This document shows, in pieces, positions 58,570 to 64,000 of a stretch of DNA of 64,000 nucleotides. The notes under the pieces are model-generated. The model had not been told where the DNA came from and made no database searches. It saw only the letters and a list, made by a program, of their open reading frames with translations. The position numbers and the translations under genes are program-made. Origin of the DNA: Deltaproteobacteria bacterium (lineage in GTDB: Bacteria; Myxococcota_A; Polyangia; Fen-1088); assembly GCA_033763315.1 (NCBI GenBank), contig JANRKS010000009.1:332789-396788 (forward strand), given 5' to 3'. Position 1 is the first letter of the stretch. Every line of letters starts with the position of its first letter.

Positions 58570-59829
58570 TCACTCCTTGAAGCGGTCAATCTGGAAGTCG
58601 TCAGGCATGGTGTTGCCGCCCACCCGCGTGGCGGTCACCTGGCGAACCTGGGTGTCGCTGGCGCCACCCAAACGTGCTCCCGGGTCGTAGATCTGGGCCC
58701 CATAAGCGTTCGATTGTCCCTGCGCCGCCCCGTCCGCCCCGGCCGAGCCGCCTTTGTTGAAGCCGCGGAAGTGCAAGGCGAAGTCGTCGGGGTTGGTGGC
58801 GTTGGCCACAGCGTCGTCGTACGTGATGATGTGTCGCTGGACCAATTCCGTAAGGGATTGATCGAAGCTGATCATACCGTACGGGTCGCGTCCCGTGTTG
58901 ATGGCGTCGCGAATCTCCCGCGTGCGCTTCGGATCCGCGATGAGCTCCTTGACGCGCGCCGTGTTCACTAAGATCTCCACGGCCGGAATCATTGCCTTGC
59001 CATCGGCGCGAGGGATCAAGCGCTGCGACACAACGCCCTTGAGCACCGTCATCAATTGCAACCGCGCTTGCGCCTGCTGGTGAGGCGGGTAAAGCGAGAT
59101 GATGCGGTTCACGGTTTCCACGGCATCAATGGTGTGAAGAGTCGAAAGCACTAAGTGCCCCGTCTCTGCCGCCGTCATTGCGATCTCGACTGTTTCGATG
59201 TCGCGCATTTCGCCCACCAGCACCACATCCGGATCTTGCCGCAGCGCCGCCCGCAGCGCGCGCGAAAAGGAAATCGTGTCGAACCCAACTTCGCGTTGGT
59301 TCACGACGCTGCGGCGATCTCGAAAGGTGTACTCAACGGGATCTTCGATCGTTACGATGTGCGCCGCGCGGCGTGCGTTGATCGAATCCACCATGGCAGC
59401 CAGCGTGGTTGATTTGCCGGAACCCGTAATCCCTGTCACCAGCACCAGCCCACGCTCTTCGGTGGCAAGCTCCAGCACCTTCGCCGGTAAATTCAGCGTT
59501 TCGAAGGGTGGCACGTCTGGGGGAATCAAACGCATCACCATGCCCACCGTGCCGCGCTGCTGGAACACGTTCACGCGGTACCTCACACCATCTTGCGAGG
59601 CATACGCCAAGTCCACGTCCCAGCACTGCTCGAACTGTTGCCGCAAGCGCTCGCTCATGATGGCGTTTGCGAAATTCTTGAGCACCTCTTTGGTCAAAGG
59701 CGGCACGTCTTTTACCGTGCGCAGGTCCCCCTTGATGCGGAAGATCGGCGGCAAACCCGCCTTCATATGCACGTCGGATGCGCCAAGTTGTCGTGCCGCT
59801 TGTAAAACCCGATCCAAAACTGTGGTCAT
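58570..59829 (-). CDS. pilT: PilT/PilU-family type IV pilus retraction ATPase paralogue
   Basis: ASDVH, GITGSGKSTT, TIEDPVE, QREVG, ALRQDPD...GEMRD, AETGHLV.STLH; AIRNLIRE replaced by RVKELIAD. Confidence 0.88.
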   Translation of the reverse strand: MTTVLDRVLQAARQLGASDVHMKAGLPPIFRIKGDLRTVKDVPPLTKEVLKNFANAIMSERLRQQFEQCWDVDLAYASQDGVRYRVNVFQQRGTVGMVMRLIPPDVPPFETLNLPAKVLELATEERGLVLVTGITGSGKSTTLAAMVDSINARRAAHIVTIEDPVEYTFRDRRSVVNQREVGFDTISFSRALRAALRQDPDVVLVGEMRDIETVEIAMTAAETGHLVLSTLHTIDAVETVNRIISLYPPHQQAQARLQLMTVLKGVVSQRLIPRADGKAMIPAVEILVNTARVKELIADPKRTREIRDAINTGRDPYGMISFDQSLTELVQRHIITYDDAVANATNPDDFALHFRGFNKGGSAGADGAAQGQSNAYGAQIYDPGARLGGASDTQVRQVTATRVGGNTMPDDFQIDRFKE

Positions 59830-59997
59830 GGGCAACTTTCGTGACGCTCGAGTTTCTGCAGAGACTACCGCCAGTTAACCTCGTTACACTGGCGCGGAAA
59901 CTTGAGGAGCCGCCCGCGGTCGCCGCGGCTACACCGTCGCCTGTGTATGTGCATCGAGGTTTTTGATCTTTGGCTCCACGTGCCCTAGGGTGATGAA

Positions 59998-61044
59998 GTG
60001 TCCAAACGCAACCCTTGGACGGGCCAGGAGATTCTCATCGTCGATCAGGACGAGCGGGTTCTGCGTGGCTTGGAAAAGCTGTTCGTCGAAGCGGGACTTC
60101 TCGTCACCGCGGTGAGTGATCCCGATCGCGCGCGTGAATTGGTCACAAATAAGTTCTTTCCTGTGGTGCTAATCGATCTAGATACACCCAGCATCGAGCA
60201 GGGGCTGGATTTGCTCCGCTACGTCAAGGATCGCTCGCCGGTGTCACATCCGATCTTGATGACCGGCCGTCGCACATTTGAGGCGGGCGCCGTGGCGTTT
60301 CGCGCGGGTGCGGTCGATGTGGTGCCCAAAAGCCAGGACGCCGTTTCGTATCTGCGTGATCGCGTGACCCGCGCCTGCCAGGAGGTCGAAGCCAAGACGG
60401 ACAACGCACGCCTGATGGCTCAAGTGGCGGAGACGCACGAAGAGTTCTTGCGCGAGATGATGGATCTATCAAAACGCCTTGTGGATCTGGAAGATCGCAT
60501 CTTGGCGCGGGAGAATGGCTCTTCGCCGTCGCTGTCCGACGCCACCTTGGTTACGGTGCTGTTTGTCGACGACGATCCGACCTTGTTTACGGCTCTCGAA
60601 AGGCTTCTTCCCACAGACCGGGGGTGGCGCCTGCGCATCGCTCAAAGCGGTGGCGAAGCCCTGGACGCGGCCTCGCAGTCGGCCCCGCGGGTCGCGGTGA
60701 TCAAAGAAACGTTGCCTGATTTGCCAAGCTCCATGGTTGTAAAAACCATCCGGTCTGCGAACCCCGAAGCGATGATCTTGTTGTTCTCGCCACCGTCCGG
60801 TCAATCGGTGGGTGAAGTGAAGGTTGTGGAGTCATCGCGCCTCATCACATTGGTGCCTTCATTCACGGACGCGGCACAGATGGCGTCGTCGCTTGAAGAA
60901 GTTCGCGAAGCCATCAAACAAAAGGCCAAGGAGCGCCGTTACCTCAAGGTGTTTCGCCGCGATCATCTCGAGTTCATCAACCGCTACAACCGCGTGCGCA
61001 CCAAAATCAACGAGCAGCTCGGCAAGAAGCCCGGTCAGGCCTAG
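59998..61044 (+). CDS. Response regulator with two receiver domains joined by a coiled coil
   Basis: REC1: ILIVDQD...LIDLDTP...MTG...PK; REC2: VLFVDDD...AQSGGEAL...VIKETLPD, with the phospho-Asp apparently replaced. Confidence 0.8.
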   Translation: MSKRNPWTGQEILIVDQDERVLRGLEKLFVEAGLLVTAVSDPDRARELVTNKFFPVVLIDLDTPSIEQGLDLLRYVKDRSPVSHPILMTGRRTFEAGAVAFRAGAVDVVPKSQDAVSYLRDRVTRACQEVEAKTDNARLMAQVAETHEEFLREMMDLSKRLVDLEDRILARENGSSPSLSDATLVTVLFVDDDPTLFTALERLLPTDRGWRLRIAQSGGEALDAASQSAPRVAVIKETLPDLPSSMVVKTIRSANPEAMILLFSPPSGQSVGEVKVVESSRLITLVPSFTDAAQMASSLEEVREAIKQKAKERRYLKVFRRDHLEFINRYNRVRTKINEQLGKKPGQA

Positions 61045-61066
61045 CGATGCGCCCGCCCTGGGCGGC

Positions 61067-61603
61067 CTAATGAGTTGCGTTGATTACACCGATGAACGGC
61101 AAATTCCGGTAGGCCTGCGCGGCGTCGAGGCCATACCCCACCACAAAATGGTCGGGGATGTAGAAGCCCACGAAGTCCACGTCAACGTCCACCCGGCGCC
61201 GGCTCGGCTTGTCCAACAGGGCACACACGCGCAGGCTGGCCGGGTTCCGTGCCTTAAGAATTTGCTGCAGATACCGCAGGGTTAGCCCCGTATCCACGAT
61301 GTCCTCCAGCACCAGCACGTGGCGCCCTTCGACGGGCAGTGACAGATCAGCCGCCACCTCCACCACCCCAGACGTCTCGGTCGCGTCTCCGTAGCTGCGC
61401 AAGGTCAGAAAATCGCACTGCAGTTCTCGGTCAATCCGTCGAACCAAATCGGCAGCGAAGATGAATGCCCCTTTGAGCACCGTGACCACTGTTAAGGGCC
61501 CCGCAGGGAGTTGCCGCGTGATCTCGGCCGCCAAAGTGTCTAAACGGTGGCTAATTTCATCGGCGCTGATCAAACTTGAAACGTTCTGGGCGGGTAGGGG
61601 CAT
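61067..61603 (-). CDS. hpt: Hypoxanthine phosphoribosyltransferase
   Basis: VLKGAFIFAADL, SYG, VLEDIVDTGLTL, LLDKPSRR, FVVGYGLD..Q.YRNLP; ATG 61603. Confidence 0.97.
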   Translation of the reverse strand: MPLPAQNVSSLISADEISHRLDTLAAEITRQLPAGPLTVVTVLKGAFIFAADLVRRIDRELQCDFLTLRSYGDATETSGVVEVAADLSLPVEGRHVLVLEDIVDTGLTLRYLQQILKARNPASLRVCALLDKPSRRRVDVDVDFVGFYIPDHFVVGYGLDAAQAYRNLPFIGVINATH

Positions 61604-61642
61604 GGCGGTGGGGTCCCTCAAACGGCGTGTGAGCAACAGGGC

Positions 61643-61670
61643 GGAACCCTTTGCGTCCGCCGGTGTCATA
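61643..61670 (+). promoter_or_regulatory. Putative ECF (sigmaE-like) promoter of the TPR lipoprotein
   Basis: GGAACC-16 bp-GTCATA immediately before ATG 61677. Confidence 0.5.
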
Positions 61671-61676
61671 GAATTC

Positions 61677-62966
61677 ATGCAAATGTCGCAAGAGCGCAAC
61701 CGTGACGTTCAAGGAGTGCCAGTCCGCCGGGGGCCGCGCCGCTTGGGGCTCTGGGGCACCCTTGCACTTTCGGCCCTGGCCGCGGCGTGTGGCGGCCCTC
61801 AGCGCAAACCCACCGCCCCAGCCGGCGAGGTCACTCACTTCGACATGGACCCCGTGCAAATCACGGCCACGAAGAAAGACGGCCAGCTGCAAGTCGACGC
61901 CTACGACGCCGAAGAGCTGTTCGAGCGTGCCAGCCAAGCCTACAGTCAAAAACGGCTGGATGAGGCGTTCGCGAACTACGAACAGTTGCTGAAGACGTTT
62001 GCCCAGTCGCCCCAGGCCAAGGCCGCGAAATACAACCTGGGCTTGGTTCTGCAAGACAAGGGCGAATGGGCCAAGGCCGCGGAGCAGTTCAAGAGTTTCA
62101 TTGACGCCTACCCCGATACGCCCGACGCCAAAGACGCCTTTTTTCAGATGGGCATTTCGCTGGCCGAAGCGAAAGACTGGGCAGGCTCGGAGAAGGTCTT
62201 TATCGCTTTGGCGGACCGCAAAGATCTGACTGCCGATGATCGGGTGGAGGCATTGACCCGTCGAGCGGTTGCACGCTTCAACCTAGAAGATCTGGACACG
62301 GCTGAATTCGTTCTCAAGGAAGTGTTCCTTTATAAACGCCGCCTTGAAGCCACGAATGAAGAGCGCCTGGAAACCGACTATTTTCTTGCCTTGGCGCAGC
62401 TGATGTTGGGCGAAATCTCACACAAACGTTCAAACACCGTCGCGCTGCGATGGCCTGAACCGCAGATGAAAAAGGACCTTGAAGAAAAGGCCAAGCAGCT
62501 GCTGGAGGCGCGCCGTCGTTACATTGATGCCGTCCGATACGGCAATCCCCGCATCGCCTCCATGGCGGCCTACCAAATCGGCATGCTGTTCCAGGAGTTC
62601 TACGATCAAGTCATGGCGGTGCCTCCCCCTCAGGAGCTGGGTGCCGCAGGCCAATCGGAAGAGCGTGGCGTCTATAAGGAGGAGCTCCGGGGCAAGTTGC
62701 GCATTGTGTTGGAGAAAGCGCTGCGAGGCCACGAGCACAACATTGAATTGTTCGAGCGGTTGGGTGTTGAAACCGAATGGGTCACCAAGTCCCGTTCGGC
62801 CATCGATAGGCTTCGCCAACTGCTTGACCAGCCTGTTGACGTCGCCAATCCAGCGGCGCCGCCTTCCATGAAACCCGAACCGGCGCCGCCGAACCTCGAC
62901 AACGCCGCGCCCGCCCGCCGCGCACCCTCCGACGATGCCGCCGGTGGCGCCCGGCGGATCCTGTAG
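61677..62966 (+). CDS. TPR lipoprotein (BamD/CpoB-like repeats)
   Basis: Lipobox LAAA-C; TPRs (AEELFERA..AY, AKYNLGL, FIDAYPDT...DAFFQMG); start 61677 or 61683. Confidence 0.8.
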   Translation: MQMSQERNRDVQGVPVRRGPRRLGLWGTLALSALAAACGGPQRKPTAPAGEVTHFDMDPVQITATKKDGQLQVDAYDAEELFERASQAYSQKRLDEAFANYEQLLKTFAQSPQAKAAKYNLGLVLQDKGEWAKAAEQFKSFIDAYPDTPDAKDAFFQMGISLAEAKDWAGSEKVFIALADRKDLTADDRVEALTRRAVARFNLEDLDTAEFVLKEVFLYKRRLEATNEERLETDYFLALAQLMLGEISHKRSNTVALRWPEPQMKKDLEEKAKQLLEARRRYIDAVRYGNPRIASMAAYQIGMLFQEFYDQVMAVPPPQELGAAGQSEERGVYKEELRGKLRIVLEKALRGHEHNIELFERLGVETEWVTKSRSAIDRLRQLLDQPVDVANPAAPPSMKPEPAPPNLDNAAPARRAPSDDAAGGARRIL

Positions 62967-63165
62967 CCCGCCAGACCCGGCGCTCCCTCGCGAAAAGAGT
63001 GGGCGGCCCACCTTTCGCATGCGGTCGCCCACATTTCTTGAGGAACTCTTTGCCGAGTCGCCTCCGTGCGGCTATCTTCGCCTCCCCCCGCAGGACTATT
63101 CACCGGCGGGGGACGTTCATCACCTCGCGTCAATCGTCTGCGGGCCCATATAGCCTGCAAATCGC

Positions 63166-63194
63166 TTGACACGCCGGTGACGGCGAAGTAAACG
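63166..63194 (+). promoter_or_regulatory. Putative sigma70 promoter of the tRNA-tuf operon
   Basis: Perfect TTGACA, 17 bp spacer, then TAAACG. Confidence 0.5.
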
Positions 63195-63287
63195 TTCGCG
63201 CTCTAAAACCAACGGGGACTGTGCGCCCTGCGGGTCACTTAACCTAAATCACTAAAATTAAAAGATTTCTTCAAAAGAGCGGCAGGC

Positions 63288-63363
63288 GCTGGCGTAGCTC
63301 AATTGGTAGAGCAGCTGATTTGTAATCAGCAGGTTGCGGGTTCGAGTCCCATCGCCAGCTCCA
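63288..63363 (+). tRNA. tRNA-Thr(UGU)
   Basis: GCTGGCG acceptor stem, CTGAT-TTGTAAT-CAG anticodon arm, GGTTCGAGTCC T-loop, encoded CCA. Confidence 0.97.
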
Positions 63364-63429
63364 TAAGAAGACTAAACGACCCCATAAACGAGAGACTAAA
63401 AACTTAATCGACTCCTCACCGCACTAGCT

Positions 63430-63511
63430 GGAGGGATTCCCGAGCGGTCAAAGGGACCAGACTGTAAATCTGGCGCCTCAGGCTTCGAAGGTTCGAATCC
63501 TTCTCCCTCCA
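63430..63511 (+). tRNA. tRNA-Tyr(GUA)
   Basis: GGAGGGA/TCCCTCC acceptor stem, CCAGA-CTGTAAA-TCTGG, long variable arm, GGTTCGAATCC. Confidence 0.97.
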
Positions 63512-63587
63512 CTAAAAACCTAGCCTAAGCCTATTTTCCTTTTCAACTAACCCTAACGGAGAAGCCACCAAGCTTACTTTGCAATTT

Positions 63588-63660
<73 letters not shown>

Positions 63661-63715
63661 CGGAACCTAACGGCCCCGACCCACGATCAATTAGTCCATA
63701 GTCGCGATTCCAAAC

Positions 63716-63788
63716 GCCCACGTAGCTCAGTTGGTAGAGCACGTCCTTGGTAAGGACGAGGTCACCAGTTCAATCCTGGTCGTGGGCT
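63716..63788 (+). tRNA. tRNA-Thr(GGU)
   Basis: GCCCACG/CGTGGGC acceptor stem, CGTCC-TTGGTAA-GGACG, AGTTCAATCCT. Confidence 0.97.
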
Positions 63789-63835
63789 CGAAGGACATCA
63801 AATAAAGAAACGAACCGACCTGCGGGAGAGCAGAA

Positions 63836-64000
63836 ATGGCGAAAGAGAAATTCAACCGTAATAAGCCCCACTTGAACGTTGGCACCATTGGTCACGTCGA
63901 CCACGGGAAGACGACCTTGACGGCCGCGATCACGAAGGTGCAAACCGACAAGGGTAAAGCGAACTTCATGGCCTACGATCAAATCGATAAGGCACCAGAA
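63836..64000 (+). CDS. tuf: Elongation factor Tu (N-terminal part; runs off the window)
   Basis: Manual translation [33 protein letters not shown]...YDQIDKAPE; follows the canonical Thr-Tyr-Gly-Thr tRNA cluster; missing from the ORF track because it is truncated. Confidence 0.98.
   Translation, partial: MAKEKFNRNKPHLNVGTIGHVDHGKTTLTAAITKVQTDKGKANFMAYDQIDKAPE

Noticed and set aside
61461-61699. Long overlap between the extended hpt and TPR lipoprotein ORFs
   Set aside because: Artefact of longest-ORF calling; likely starts are 61603 (-) and 61677 (+), leaving a normal divergent gap
62967-63287. Possible ncRNA or integrative-element attachment site upstream of the tRNA cluster
   Set aside because: Only weak hairpins (one near 62990-63018 may be a terminator); no integrase or duplicated tRNA 3' end; AT-richness fits a strong stable-RNA promoter/leader
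63770-63982. 70-aa minus-strand ORF
   Set aside because: Antisense shadow of tuf and tRNA-Thr

Overview
High-GC, gene-dense bacterial chromosomal segment, very probably from a myxobacterium (Myxococcota). The evidence is a MYXO-CTERM-tailed DUF2330 protein, two membrane Ser/Thr kinases, two giant TPR proteins and a PilT paralogue. The backbone is housekeeping: comEC-tilS-ftsH-folP-glmM-nnr, ychF, amtB, mtnP-slyD-cca, a DEAD-box helicase, alaS, hpt, and the Thr-Tyr-Gly-Thr tRNA cluster followed by the start of tuf. The best candidate for an undescribed system is a five-gene minus-strand module at 9387-16667: TonB-dependent receptor, lipoprotein, ECF sigma factor, single-pass anti-sigma-like protein, and an exported caspase-like protease with a beta-solenoid and a probable beta-barrel. 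An identical GGTAACA-N11-CGCCGGTGTT motif lies upstream of both the receptor and the sigma gene. The protease and the anti-sigma share an I-x-(L/I)-K-G motif that may be a cleavage site. Together these suggest caspase-gated cell-surface signalling. Other oddities: an exported legumain/caspase-fold protease fused to PDZ and thioredoxin domains, a divergent ETF alpha/beta pair lacking FAD-binding motifs, Planctomycete/Verrucomicrobia-type genes (DUF1553, DUF1501, PVC heme protein), and 11-bp-phased GTTTC boxes before amtB. No CRISPR array, rRNA, integrase or transposase was seen. All calls are by eye from motifs; no database searches were run.
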